Of a DNA stretch of 64,000 nt, positions 23,471 to 35,730 are shown piece by piece (positions within the stretch are counted from its first letter, which is position 1; each line of letters begins with the position of its first letter). The translations under genes were made by a program, and so were the position numbers. Under the pieces are notes generated by a model. It was not told the DNA's origin. It searched no databases and saw only the letters and a program-made list of their open reading frames with translations. This stretch comes from Emiliania huxleyi CCMP1516 (taxonomy: Eukaryota): assembly GCF_000372725.1 (NCBI RefSeq), contig NW_005201202.1:1-64000 (forward strand), read 5' to 3'.

Positions 23471-23751
23471 TGGGTAGGGACTGGCGCGCACTAACAAGAA
23501 GAAATTGTTCACCTTACACCGGAGCGCGGAGCTATCCCTCGGAGACCCGTGTTATGGCCCTGCGACCGCGCACCCCCCCAGGGCTAGGGCTCTCTAGCCC
23601 GCAACCCGACCCCAATCGTCTGGCCAACTGGGATCTATTCTTGCCATATTCGAGAATATAGACCCTATTTTGGACAAGAATACGGAAAGAATACGCAAAA
23701 AGAATATAGATAGTACTCGGCGAGAAAAGCGTATAAAGGCCAAGCTTCTCA

Positions 23752-24596
23752 CTGAGGGAGGGAGGGTGTAGAGGATGTAGAGTGTAGAGCGCTGTAGAGC
23801 TGTAGAGCTGTAGAGCGCTCTGGAGCGCTGTAGAGCTGTAGAGCTCTACATCCGGCGCGTGACGATGTGAGTCCGATGTAAAGCGATGTAGAGCGCGATT
23901 TTGCTGTAGAGTTTGTTGTAGAGGCTCTACAGCCAAACCGAGCCGCGCTAATGGGGTTTCTCCGAGCTTACTGGAGCTCTGATGGACGGCCCTGACTATC
24001 ACTGACACACAGATAGTCACTCTGACGGCACACAACACCCTATAACTGCGCGTCATGACCAGCCTGCCATGCGTCGCCGGTGCCGCATTCGTCGCTGTGC
24101 TTCTTTAGCAGGCGGTGGACTGTCGGCTGCGAGGACGGTCGCATTTGCGCGAGGCGAGGCGATCATTGTTGAGCGTTGCATGCGCCATGACTCGCGCCAG
24201 CGCGTGCGGGAGCTCCTGGGTTGAGTCCAGGCGAGTTGCGCTGGCCACTATCGCTACGCCGAGCCGAGCTGACGCGCCGAGGCGCCGGCCAGTCTCAGCC
24301 GTGAGGCATGCCACAGCAGCAGAGGCACCTGCCACCCATTGGGCGGGCAGACAGAAGGCCAGGGCAGCACTGGCAAGTGCAACGCGCCTCATGTCGGAGA
24401 GCGACCGTGCCTCGTTCGCCGCTTATGATGTAGAGTTTGTTGTAGATATTTCACGTTGTAGAGCGCCTCTACATCGCTCTACATCGGACTCACATCGTCA
24501 CGCGACGGATGTAGAGCTCTACAGCTCTACAGCGCTCTCCAGCTCTACAGCTCTACAGCGCTCTCTACACTCTACATCCTCTACATCCTCCCTCAG
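23752..24596. mobile_element. MITE with ~140-bp TIRs and an 8-bp TSD (hAT/P-like)
   Basis: CTGAGGGAGG...CCTCCCTCAG ends; TSD GCTTCTCA at 23744-23751 and 24597-24604; TGTAGAG repeats in the TIRs; inserted in family A. Confidence 0.85.
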
Positions 24597-25394
24597 GCTT
24601 CTCAGCTCCCCGGTCCTGGTGGTTAGTTACCGACCTGCACTCCAAAGTGCTCCAAGTTTATACGAAACAAGAAAATTATCGCACGACACAGTGACTTCGA
24701 CTTCGCAGCTCACACACATAGTCATAGACGAAAAGGTGCATCTGCATGCACATGGACATGCACATGCCGCATGTGCGCATGTCATGGTGCCGCATGTGCG
24801 TGCATGCACATGCATGGCATGTCAAATGTCATGTGACTCCCCATTTGCATTTCTGCAAAGGCGTTTTAAAAAAATCCAAGAGAGGGGTGGGAGGGCGGGA
24901 GAATCCAAAAAAGCCGTCCAAAAAGCCACAATGCACAAAAAGCCAGCGAGCCTCCCGTTACGCGATTGCTCGCGCGGAAGCGCAGCATGATGCGTGGCCA
25001 GCGCGGGAGCAGGTCGGCGCCGACGCTGCCAGAACTAAGACGAGACCGGACCGCGACCGACGGCGGGCCGTGCTGCTGCTGGCGAGCATTCCGCGCTGCT
25101 ATACCTACAGGGAATCCGTGCTGCTAAATCCGGCCCTCGCGCCCCCTTAGGAGGGGCAGGGGGTCTCAAGAAAAGAAAAATTCGGACAGACTGTCAGATC
25201 AGATCACAGAGTTACACGCTCAGTACGGAGGGCGGTGGCGCAAAGCCAACAAGCGGGGTCTCACAATGTGTACACTCGGATACATATACACACTCGCGTC
25301 GCCCACGCTTAGTTTTCCTGTACAGACTCGAGACCGCTAAACGAATCTCGAGGGCCGACGACACGAACGTACGGCCGCGGGCAACGTGCCGAGC

Positions 25395-26985
25395 TCACAG
25401 CTCCTTTGGCTTGGCGCCGCCTCCTCTCCGCGCGGCCTCGCTCTCGGCGCGCCTCACGACTAGCGCGGTTGGCGCGAGGAGGAGCGCGTAGTGCGCCGCA
25501 GCGAGCAGCGGCTGCGACGCGACGCCGAGCCGGCCGACGACGGATCCGCCGTAGAGCGGCGCGACGACGTTGATTGCGGAGTTGCCGATGTCGAGGACGG
25601 AGAGGACGAGGGCCTGGTCGGCGGCGGGCACCGACTTCGAGAAGAGCGAGGCGAGGCACGTCTTTGTGATCCGGCCGAGGACGGCGGAGACGGGGAGGTG
25701 CAGCCTACAGCCGCGCGAAGTCGCGGGTGAGTCCGCCGCCGCTTCGCCGGCTCTTCGCGGCGGCGGCGGCGCCCGGCGTAGAGGAGGAACGCGCGGTGGC
25801 GCGACTCGAGGAGCGAGTTGAGGGTTGCGAGGCAGAGGCAGAGGCAGAGGAGCCGCCCTTCTCCCCGGCTGGCCGCGAGCCTGCCGACGAGGAGCCAGTC
25901 TACCGCGAGGCCGAGCAGCTGGTTGTACGAGGCGAGAGAGCCTACGGACACGGGCCGTGGGCAGGTCACGGCCACGCCCGTGCCGCGCAGCCGGCCGCGC
26001 GAGGGAAGGCGAGAGCCAGACACGGCCGGAGAGAGGGACCACACCTGACGGACGCGGCGCCAGGTCGAGGAGTGAGGCGCCAGGTCGAGGCGTGAGGCGT
26101 GAGGCGCGAGGCGTGAGCAGTGAGGCGCGAGGCGAGGGACTGCCGCCTGGCTCTCGTACAGCGCGTGCATTGAGTACCCCGCCCGCATGAGCAGGCTGTA
26201 CAGCAGCCGGAGCAGCAGCATCTCGCCGCCGCCGCCGCCGAACGCAGCCGCCGTCTGCTGCAGCGAGGAGCGTACGGCGGCGACGCGGCCACCGCCGCCA
26301 CTCCTCCCGCCGTCCCCGCCGCTCTCGCCGCCGCCCTTTCCGCCTCGCGCGGCCACGTGCGGAAGGCAGAGCTGCACGAGGGCGATGTCGGCCGCAAAGA
26401 GAGCCGCCGCCGCGAGGCACGGGATGCGCCGCCCATAGCGGGAGGCGATGATGCCGCCTGAGCGAAGAGGGCGGGCCGTGAGCCGCGCTGAGGAGAGGCG
26501 GCAACGCGGGCGGGCGCACCGAGCGCTTGGCCGAGGGAGAGGGCGAGCGCCATAGTGGAGGAGAGGCGGCCGAGGGCCTGCGTGCGGCCTCCCTCGTCGG
26601 TGAGCGAGCTGAGAAGCGCCGTCGAGCATGTCATCGTCTGCTTGGCCAGCCCGACGATCACTCGGGATGCGACGAGCAGCAGCAGCGACGTCGCAACGCC
26701 GGCCACGGCGTAGGAGAGAGCGGCGCCGAGAAAGCTGATCTGGAGCGAGAGCTTCTGGCCGAGGCGGCGGTCGCCGACCAGGCCAATGACGAGTCCGCCC
26801 GTGAGCTGAGCTATCGCGTAGACGGAGGAGAGCACGCCAAAGCTCTCTGGCGTGCCGCCCAGCTCCGCAAAGAGAAATGGAAGGTTCGGCAGCACGAGGG
26901 CGACGCCAAACATGTCGACGAACACGGCGAGCAGAAGTACGTTGGTCGGAGAGTCGAGAAGGCGCAGCAGTGGCGTTGGCCGCAT
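25395..26985 (-). CDS. MFS transporter (DHA1/tetracycline-resistance-like), multi-exon
   Basis: AVFVDMFGVALVLP, GLVGDRRLGQK (motif A), ASRVIVGLAKQ, multiple TM helices. Confidence 0.8.
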
Positions 26986-27136
26986 AAACGTCGAGAAAGC
27001 AGCTTCGGAGCCCTCGAGCGAAGGCTCTCGAGGTTCTGGAGTATGCTGTATCCTTTGGCCGCCGCGTAGGGGAGCTGCAAAAGAAACGAAAACGGTTCGG
27101 GGCGGGGTGGCGTTTTACTAAAGACTTGTGACGTTT

Positions 27137-27264
<128 letters not shown>

Positions 27265-27380
27265 GACAGAGCGGAAAAAGAAACCATCAAATCCTTTTCT
27301 CGCCGGCGGCTTCGCTCTCTCGGCGGCTTCGTGACACAGCCCAGAGCACACAGCCCAGCCCGCCCGCCACACGCACCTAC

Positions 27381-28421
27381 ATGCACTCCTCCACCGCTCT
27401 CATTGCCGTCGCTGTCGCCGCGACCGCGCTCCTCCTACTGCAAAGGCAGCGAGGCCTCCTGCCGCTGCACCACCGGCCGCTGCGGCCGTTTGGCGCCTGC
27501 GTGGAAGCATCGCTCCCATCCCTGATCCGCAATGGCGCGCTGCTGCGGCGCCTGTGGCGGCAGAACGGCGGCCTGCTCGTGCTTCGCGGCCTCTCGCTGA
27601 CGCCTCGCGGCATGCTCGAGCTGTCTGCGCTCTTCGGGGAGGTTGAGCAGGAGCTGGATGACAGCAAGATTCACTTCCGGGTGGGCGGTCTCTCGTCGGT
27701 CATGCGCATCGGCAATGTGCGCGACGAGACGGGCCGCCTAATCTCGATGCACACCATCTCCGCGCCGCTGCCGCCGGGCGGCTCTGCTCAGTACCGAGCC
27801 GCCGAGCGGCAGCCAGCGTGGCACACGGACTCGCTGTACCGCCGGCGGCCTCCCGTCGGCTCGGCGCTGTACTGCGTGACGGCCCCGCCCTCGGGCGGCG
27901 CCACGTGCTTTGCGGACGCGACGACCGCCTTCGCGAGCCTGGACGAGGTGACCAAGGAGCGGCTGCGGGGCCTGACCTGCGTCTGCTCGATGGCGCACCA
28001 CGACGCAAAGGTGAAGAAGCGGGGCTCGCCAGACTACCCGACTCTCTCCGAGGCCCAGCGGAGGGCCAACCCGGCTCAGAGAGTGCCTCTCGTGCTGCGG
28101 CACCCGCAGACGGGCAGGGAGGCGCTGTCCGGCATGAACGCGGGGACTTGCGCGGTGCTGCCCGGCGGGGCCGAGCTTTCGCGCGCGGAGATGGACCGGT
28201 GCGAGCTCGAGGCGGTCGAGATGCCGTCGGTCGAGGCGGAGCTTCGTGCGCTGCTGCCCTTTGCGACGCGCGACGAGTTTGTGGTCCAGTGGCAGTGGGA
28301 GCCGGGAGACTTTGTCGTGTGGGACAACCGATGCACGATGCACTGCGCAACGGGCTTCGAGTGGCAACGGTTTACGCGAGAAATGTGGCGGACGACGCTG
28401 GTGAGGGAGTGGGAAGAGTAG
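27381..28421 (+). CDS. TauD/TfdA family 2OG-Fe(II) dioxygenase
   Basis: WHTD, GGATCFAD, HPQTGREAL, WEPGDFVVWDNRCTMH. Confidence 0.9.
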   Translation: MHSSTALIAVAVAATALLLLQRQRGLLPLHHRPLRPFGACVEASLPSLIRNGALLRRLWRQNGGLLVLRGLSLTPRGMLELSALFGEVEQELDDSKIHFRVGGLSSVMRIGNVRDETGRLISMHTISAPLPPGGSAQYRAAERQPAWHTDSLYRRRPPVGSALYCVTAPPSGGATCFADATTAFASLDEVTKERLRGLTCVCSMAHHDAKVKKRGSPDYPTLSEAQRRANPAQRVPLVLRHPQTGREALSGMNAGTCAVLPGGAELSRAEMDRCELEAVEMPSVEAELRALLPFATRDEFVVQWQWEPGDFVVWDNRCTMHCATGFEWQRFTREMWRTTLVREWEE

Positions 28422-29004
28422 CGCTGGTTGTTAAGAGTGTCGTGAAACTGCAAGAAATAAAACCGAAAAACCAGGACGCAGGGAAGACTCTAGACTGTGG
28501 TGCTCTGTGTGGGTCGTGGGGCTCCTGGCACCAGTGCCACCACACGCCCAAAACCGGCGGTGCAACTCGGAGAAAACGCGAACGAAATAAACAACGAATA
28601 AACTCCAAGTGCATAAATCGACGCGCTCGAAAACGCCAACGAGGGCTCGAGGGGTGGGAGTCTGGGAGAAGGACCGGGTCCCCACCACCTGCACGAGCAG
28701 GATCTTGTATTGCAATAAGGGAGGAACTCAGGGACACAGAGCTCAGAGGAACTTGGAGTGCAGGTTGGTAGCCGCACGCCCAAAGAAAGAAAGAATTCTT
28801 ACTTAAAATACAAGCCTCTCTCACAGCACACTGCTCACTGGCACGACAAGGGCGCGGACTGGCGCGGACTGGCACACCCACCGGCTCACCAAGAAAGAAA
28901 AAAACGAACATTCAAGGGAGGGATGGGAGGACGGCACGCCGCCACCACAGGTGCTAGCCGTCGCCCACCCTTGGGCTGGGTGGAGGGCGTTTAGGGGCGG
29001 TCTT

Positions 29005-30004
29005 GGAGCACTTGGAGTGCAGTCATTAACCGGATAACCGCACATCCAGGGCCGGGGAGCTAAGTCCTAAGAAGCGCACCCAGCGGGCCGGATGATTGGC
29101 ATCGGGTTACGGGCTAGAGAGCCCTAGCCCCGGGGGTGCGCGTTCGCAGGGAAAGGGCCGTAAAGTAAACACTGGTCTCCGAGGGTTGGCTCCGCGCTCC
29201 GGGTTTCCCCTAGCAGCAGACCGCCCCCTCTACTCGGAGCTATAATGAACACCAGACATGCACACGACACGCACTCTCACACGACGTCACCGCTCAGGGC
29301 CCCTTCGCGCAAGGTCCTCATCCTCACCCCGGAGGAGGCTCCCCTCTCCTCTGAGTTCTTCCTCTTGTTCGCCTTCCGATGATCGTCTGACGGGCGCGGG
29401 GCCCGACCTCCCCTCCTAGCCTTTTTCAGCCGCGGCCCCGCCACCGCCTCGTCTTCTCTGTCCGATTCTGTCGCCACCACCGACGGTGATCCCATGCCCG
29501 ACTCCTCGGGCGAGGGCAGCGGCATTAGATCGCCACGCCGCCCCTCCCCGGGAAGTGGGGCCAGCTCACTTCGATCGAGGACTCGCGCCCGCCCCCGCGG
29601 TCTCTCTATCGTCCTCGGCTCGTCCGTACGTCCCGACTCTACTCGCAAAGGCCGCGCCAGCTCATCTCTCAAGCGGCCTTGCCGCTCCACCCCCATGGGG
29701 CTTCGCCTGGGGCGCTCCGCTGGCCCAATGCCCACTGCCCTCTGCGGTCCCCTTACCATGCCTGGCCCGGCTCCCCATTGAAATGAGCCCGTCAACCTTG
29801 CGACCACCGGCACGTGGTCCGCACTGAGGGGGCCCGCCCGGGTCGCCACTGCCGCCCGCGCAGGTTGCCCAACTGACGACCATCCTATCGCCGGCCCATT
29901 GGCCCATACATAATCGATGCGCGACACCCCCCTCCCCTTCGGGCAGAACGTGAATCCCATCGCCGACGGCCCTGCTGCTTCATGGCAGTCGGTAAGGCCC
30001 AGGC
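29005..30004 (-). mobile_element. LINE family A copy carrying the C-terminal part of an APE endonuclease, 8-bp TSD
   Basis: SRIDYVW...SADHVPV motifs; GCGGTCTT at 28997-29004 and 30005-30012. Confidence 0.7.
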
Positions 30005-30072
30005 GCGGTCTTCGAATTCTTTCTTTTCTGGTGGATCTGTGTTAGTGCCAGTGCGCGCCAGTCCCGTGCCCA

Positions 30073-30120
30073 AAGAAAGCAAGAAAACAGACAACCCAAG
30101 GGAGGGATGGGAGAACGGCA
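30073..30120 (-). mobile_element. 48-bp 3' tip of LINE family B with a 9-bp TSD
   Basis: CCGTGCCCA at 30064-30072 and 30121-30129. Confidence 0.75.
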
Positions 30121-30193
30121 CCGTGCCCAGTGTTGTGCGAGGGCGCGGCGCCGAATTCTTTCTTTTCTGAGGCTACGAGTTGCTGCTGGCGTG

Positions 30194-30952
30194 ATGCAGG
30201 CCGAGAAGCTCACGAAGCTCCACAAGAGCCTGGAGGATGCTTCGAGCTTGCGCGGCTCGGCAGGCGGCCTTGGCTTCAACGCCGCCGAGGCAAAGGCGGC
30301 GCGAAAGGCGGAGAAGGCGGCAAAGAGGGCGCGCGGTGGGGCAGAGAACAAGCGCGAGTTCCAGTCGACGAGCGCCGGCGCGGTGGCCGCTGGCCACTGG
30401 GACCCGTGGGCGCGGCCGGTGGCCTTTGAGATGAAGGCCAAGAACACCGTCGCGGGCGGGCTGTACTCGATGTTTGTCAAGGGCGAGACGGTGGGCGGCA
30501 CGCTCAAGGAGGCGCAGCGGGCGGCGGCGGACGAGGCGGCGGGCATGGGCGCCCCGGGAGAGACGGGCGCCAAGAAGCGCAAGGGAGATGCGGCGGCGGC
30601 GGGCGCCTCAAAGCAGGAGAAGAAGAGCAGGAAGCGCGAGAAGAAGAGCGAGGCGGCGGTCGAGAAGGCGGCGGCGGAGAAGGCGGCCGGGGCGAAGGCG
30701 GCGACGGGCAGCACGGGCGGGTTTGACTGGCAGGCAGACATTCTCCGGAGGCTGGAGGCGGCGCCCGGCGGGAAACTGGACGCCAAGCGGCTCCGCAAGG
30801 CGGCGGTCAGCGGGGCGGCCGCCGCGCTCGGCTCGTCCGACAAGGAGGATCTGCGCAAGGCCTACCGGAGGAGCCTCAAAGGCTTGCGGCACCGCGTGAG
30901 CGTGTTTGACGACCCCGCAACAGGCGCCGAGGCGGTGGAGCTGAAGAGGTAG
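30194..30952 (+). CDS. Lys/Ala-rich putative nucleolar protein with a LYAR-like C-terminal winged helix
   Basis: GGLGF motif; FDWQADILRRLEAAPGGKLDAKRLRKA resembles the LYAR C-terminus. Confidence 0.5.
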   Translation: MQAEKLTKLHKSLEDASSLRGSAGGLGFNAAEAKAARKAEKAAKRARGGAENKREFQSTSAGAVAAGHWDPWARPVAFEMKAKNTVAGGLYSMFVKGETVGGTLKEAQRAAADEAAGMGAPGETGAKKRKGDAAAAGASKQEKKSRKREKKSEAAVEKAAAEKAAGAKAATGSTGGFDWQADILRRLEAAPGGKLDAKRLRKAAVSGAAAALGSSDKEDLRKAYRRSLKGLRHRVSVFDDPATGAEAVELKR

Positions 30953-31417
30953 CGGCGGCCTAATCGGCGGCTGTGTGTGTCACTGCGTCTGGGGCCTCGA
31001 GTCTGGGGCTTATATGTTATCCGGATCGGACTCATGTTATTGTTAACTCGGACCCCCCTTGAGGCTCGAAAAGCACCACTTGCGGCTTGCGCATGGGCTT
31101 GCGTGGCGCGGGCTTAGCCGGCGTGTCGGAATCGCCCGCCCGGCCGACACGCACGTCGCACGACGCACGACACGCGACACGGGTCCCGACCGAGGCGGAG
31201 ACACACGACCGGGCGGCACGCGGCTCGCGGGTGGTCGTGGTGTCAGATCGTTCGACGTTCATTTTCCGCGAATGGTCTCGGGTCGGGGCCAAGGTGCTGG
31301 AAAAGAAATAACCTGCCCCGCACACGCCGGAAGAGTCGATCGGAAGTCGATCAAGGCGACGCTGTCCAGTCACTCGGGTCTTCCTGTCCAGTCCCAGCCG
31401 GCTCAACCACGCCAAGC

Positions 31418-32898
31418 ATGATCTCTGCTCTCCTCGCCCCGCTATCGGCTCCCCAGGCTGACCTCGTCACGAGTCTGCCAGGCTTCGACAGCTGGCCGTT
31501 CAAGCTCTACAGCGGCTATCTCGCAGTCAAGGGTCCCTTCACGCTGAACGATTACGATGAGCTGCGCATCCACTATCAGTTCCACACGTCGCAACGGGAC
31601 CCGCAGAACGACGCCGTGGTCACTTGGCACCAGGGCGGACCGGGCGGCTCCAGCATCGACGTCGGCCTCTTCACCGAGATGGGCTACTTTTCGCTCTCCT
31701 CCGACGGCCCTTCTGCAAACGAGTTTGCGTGGAACAAGGTCGCCAACATGCTCTACCTCGAGTCACCCGCCGGCAGTGGCAACAGCGCGGGCTTCTCAAC
31801 GTGTGTCAAGGCGGGCAAGCCTGTGGGGTGCAAGTGGGATGACGTCTCGCAGGCCGAGGCGTATGCGCACAGCCTGGTCGAGTTCTCGCGCGCCTTCCCC
31901 GAGTTCGCCACCAACCCGCTCTACCTGACTGGAGAGTCGTACTTTGGCCAGTACGGCGAGGCTTAGCCGAAGCAAGCAGGGCGAGGCGACAGCATCCTCT
32001 GACCTGCGTCCTCCGCGGTGCAGGCCCAAACATCGCGAGCTACATCCTCTCGCACGCGCCCTTCAACTCGACGCTCCCCCTCAAGGGCATCGCGGCGGGC
32101 AACGCGTGCTGGGGCGGCGACGAGACGAGCGTGGCCTGCAACGGGCCCAACGAGGAGCGGAACGACGTCGAGATGTACTTTGGAAAGGGCCTCGTCTCGA
32201 AGAAGCTGTACGAGCAGGTGCAGGCCGCCTGCGACGGGCAGTTCGACGAGCCGGGCGCCGCGTGCGACGTCCTCCTCGAGCGGGTCTCCGCCGAGGTCGG
32301 GCCGCACAATGTCTACAACATCTATGACAACTGCGACGAGATGCAGGAGCGGCTCGCCGCGCACAACAAGTCGATGCGCTGGGCGCGCCAGCGGCTGCGC
32401 GCCGACCTCGCGCCGCGCTCGAGCTCGGCGGAGGGAGGCTTCACGTGGCGGTGCGGGGGGATGGCTGCGACGGAGGAGTGGATCACTCGCCCGGACGTGC
32501 GAAAGGCGCTCCACCTCGACGCTCCGCACAAGTCGAGCTTCCACTACTCCCTCTCCGGCCCCGCCTCGATCACGCTGTGGCCCTCCCTCTCCGGCAAGCT
32601 GCGCGTGCTCATCTACAACGGCGACGCGGACGCGTGCGTGCCGTACAAGGGCAACGAGGAGTGGATCGGCATGCTCGAGAAGCGAGGCGTCCTCACCGAG
32701 GCGAAGGCGTGGCGCCCCTGGTACCTGCCCGGCAAGCGCCGCGCGCCCGCCGGCTACGTGACGGCGTACACCCCCTCCGAGGGCAAGCACGACTTCTCCT
32801 TCCTCACCATCCGGCTGGCAGGCCACATGGTGCCTACCTACCAGCCGGCGGCGTCGCTCGCCTTCATCTCCTCCTTCCTCGACGCGAAGCCCTTCTGA
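31418..32898 (+). CDS. Serine carboxypeptidase (S10); GC-AG intron 31956-32023
   Basis: WHQGGPGGSS, GESYFG, YNGDADACVP, AGHMVP. Confidence 0.92.
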
Positions 32899-33363
32899 GG
32901 CGGCAGCCGGCGCTCTGGTCTCTCGTGCCGGGCGGTTGGCCGTGCGCCTGTGCTGTGCGCTGCGTGGACTGAGCCCGCGTGTGCGGCTGTGCGCTGCGGC
33001 GACCGAGCCAATCGCATCGAGCGAGAGCACTTGCCGGAATGCGGAGAGCCGGAGAGCCGGCGGCCGAGAGCGGGGCGTGCGCGCGGGAGGCGGGTGTGCC
33101 GCCGCGGGCGGCGGGGGCCGTCGCCGGCGTGGTCGCGAGCTCCGACAAGGCTACTGGCTAGCAAGTAGCAAGAGGTCCGCCGTGTCTGTCTCGCGTGTAT
33201 CTGTTTTTATCTGGTGACGCTACTCGCCAAAGCGGACCACACCTCTCTCTGTGTGCACACATATCCGCGCCATCCCAAAAGTCGAGGAGCGACCCGCTGG
33301 AGCCGGCCCTGCTGCACGCGGGCTTGCCACAGCCATCACATCGGGTCGGGGAAAAGACGGGCT

Positions 33364-34851
33364 CTAGTTGGGCACGACGGTGCCAAAGAACTGGCCCTTG
33401 AGCAGCAGCTCCTTGGGCACCTTGGAGCCGAGGTCGGTGTCGGAGGGCTGCTTCTGCACAAAGACGCCGCCAAACTCGCCCAGCTCCGCGTTGACCGAGG
33501 TGACCTTGAGCTCAATCGAGCCGCGGCCGACGTCGAACTTCTTGTTGTTCTCCTTGAAGAGCGACTCGTCGCCGCCGGCCTGCAGCGCGGGCAGCGCGAC
33601 GGCCTGGTCGTAGCCAGTGGTGGTGCCGCGGCCCTTCGGGTCGAGGAAGAGGCCGGTGCGGTAGGAGGGCACGTTGAAGCCGCCCGACATTTTGAGGCCC
33701 GGGCTGATGGAGGAGGTGGCACCGTCCTGGGGCGGGGCAGGGGCGGCGGGGTGAGGGGCGGCGGGGTGAGGGGCGGGTGGGGGGAGCGAGGGAGGCAGGC
33801 GCGGCGAGGGGTAGCTGCAGGGTGGGGGGTGGGGGGTGGGGGGGTGGGGGGGAGCGAGGGAGGCAGGACCGGCGAGGGTGCGAGAGGCAGCTGGAGAGGC
33901 TGGCGCAGGGAACAGTGCGGTGGGCGGGTGGGCCACCGACTGCGCGACGAGGTTCTTCACGGTGAAGAGGAAGGGCACGCGCTCGCCGCCGGGCAGCTGG
34001 ACGGTGGTCGGGGCGTAGTCAATGCCGTCCTGAAGGGGGGGGGGGGGGGGAGGAGGGGGTCACGGGTGCATTCGGGGAGAGGAGGGGAAGCGCGCGCTGC
34101 CGTGGGGGCAGGGCAGCTTGCGGCGACAGGGTAAGGAGAGGGGCGGGGCCCGGTGCAGCGGCGGCGGTGCAGCGGCTGCCTTCTCGAGGAAGGTGAGCTT
34201 GCCGTCCTTCTGGACGAGGTCGCCCTCCATGCCGGTGAGGACGTAGGTCTGGCGCGTCGTCACCTTGGTGTCGACCGCCTCGGTCACCACGCCCGACTTC
34301 GTCAGCTTCTCCTCCAGAACCTGCAGCCGTCGGCAGCAGCGGCGCTGTCGCGAGGCGGCGCGGGGGCGGAGAGGAGGGGAGGGGGGCGAGGGGAAAGAGG
34401 CCGGCGACCGGTTGCAGCGCGCAGTGCGCCGCCGCGGAGATGCTGCCCCATCAGGCGTGGACGCTCGACGCGCGTCGTGTGAAGGCTGTGCAGGAGGGCG
34501 CGCCTGGAAGGAGGTCGGCTCGAGGCAGAACTCGTCGATCTTGTAGTTGCCGCCGACCTTAATCTCGGTCTTCATGCCGTCGACCTGCTCGACCACCGGG
34601 CAGGTGTTGGCCAGCCCCGTGCCCTTGATCTGCTGGTACGTCAGCGACGCAATGTCTGTGCGCGTGAAGGGGCCGGCCGACGCCGACTGCACCCCGACCG
34701 CAAGCACCGCAGCAGCCATGCCAGCGACCTGACCGGCGGTGACCGAGTCCTTCGCGGCCATGCTGACGTCGGCGGACCGCTGCATCGGCGCGACGCGCCC
34801 CGGGGCGGGCGTCACGAGCGAGCTGCTGAGCGAGAGGGCAGAGGCGAGCAT
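33364..34851 (-). CDS. psbO: Photosystem II oxygen-evolving enhancer protein 1, nuclear-encoded, four exons
   Basis: LTYQQIKGTGLANTCP, FCLEP, DGIDYAPTTVQLPGGERVPFLFTVKNL, VPSYRTGLFLDPKGRG, QPSDTDLGSK. Confidence 0.95.
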
Positions 34852-35062
34852 GGCGACCGAGAGAGGATCTGGGAAGCGAGCAATTATCCGAACTTTTTCT
34901 TTTGAGAGCGCCTTCGTTGTTAATAGTACAAACGCGAGCGGTCCTACGTTGCAGTCGCACACACGCACACGCCACGCTGCACCGCGCGCCCGCCCACTGC
35001 CCCGCCCAGGCGGGAAAGAGATGAGGAGATGGGACAGCAACGGACTTTTTTCTTTTTCACAC

Positions 35063-35290
35063 ACCTTGTTCTTGAGAAGAAAATACGTCGCATGGCGCTT
35101 TGCGCTGGTCTATGAGAGGTTGAGGTGCGAGCCCTGGAGGCCCTGGGGATGGGGGGAGACTACCCGCGGGCCTAGAAGGCCCGCGCGCAAGGGGGTGGGA
35201 CATTGAGATTGAATGAACATTCTGTTCAGTCAGCGTGTGGACCACTTGTCCGATGTCCAGCGTCGGCGCGTAGCTCGGGTCGTACAAGTA
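35063..35290 (-). mobile_element. SINE-like family D (shares its 3' UTR with the RLE LINE at 53740)
   Basis: Same sequence at 36960-37140, 53581-53739 and 54252-54408; hairpin CGCGGGCCT-TCT-AGGCCCGCG. Confidence 0.7.
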
Positions 35291-35730
35291 CTCACCGGTC
35301 TCAGCGGCATTGCCATGGTAGGCCAGGCCCACCTTATACCGCAGCGCAGCGCGAGCCTGCATGTGCTCGCGCAACCCCACCTTTGGAAGGAAGGCAACTC
35401 GCCGCGAGGCCAGCCCTCCTCCAGGAGGACCTGCTTGCGGTGCGCTGTCGACGAGGGGTTGAGGAGGTCGTAGTCGCCAAGCAAGGTCTTCTGCCTCCCA
35501 GGGCGGAAGGCCCGGGCCTGCCCGGGCGCGCGGGCCCGCCCAAGACGGCTGGGCGAGGGAGCGCGCGACGGAGCAGCGAGCTGAGGAGGTTGTACTCTCT
35601 GCTCTCAGGGTCGAACTCGCGAGTGCCGATAGACCGCCGCCAGGCTCCAAAAATGTCTAGCGCCTGGTGGTCGTCATGCGAGTACCGATAGTGGGGCGGG
35701 AAGTGCGCGTCGAACCGCGCAGTAGCCTGT

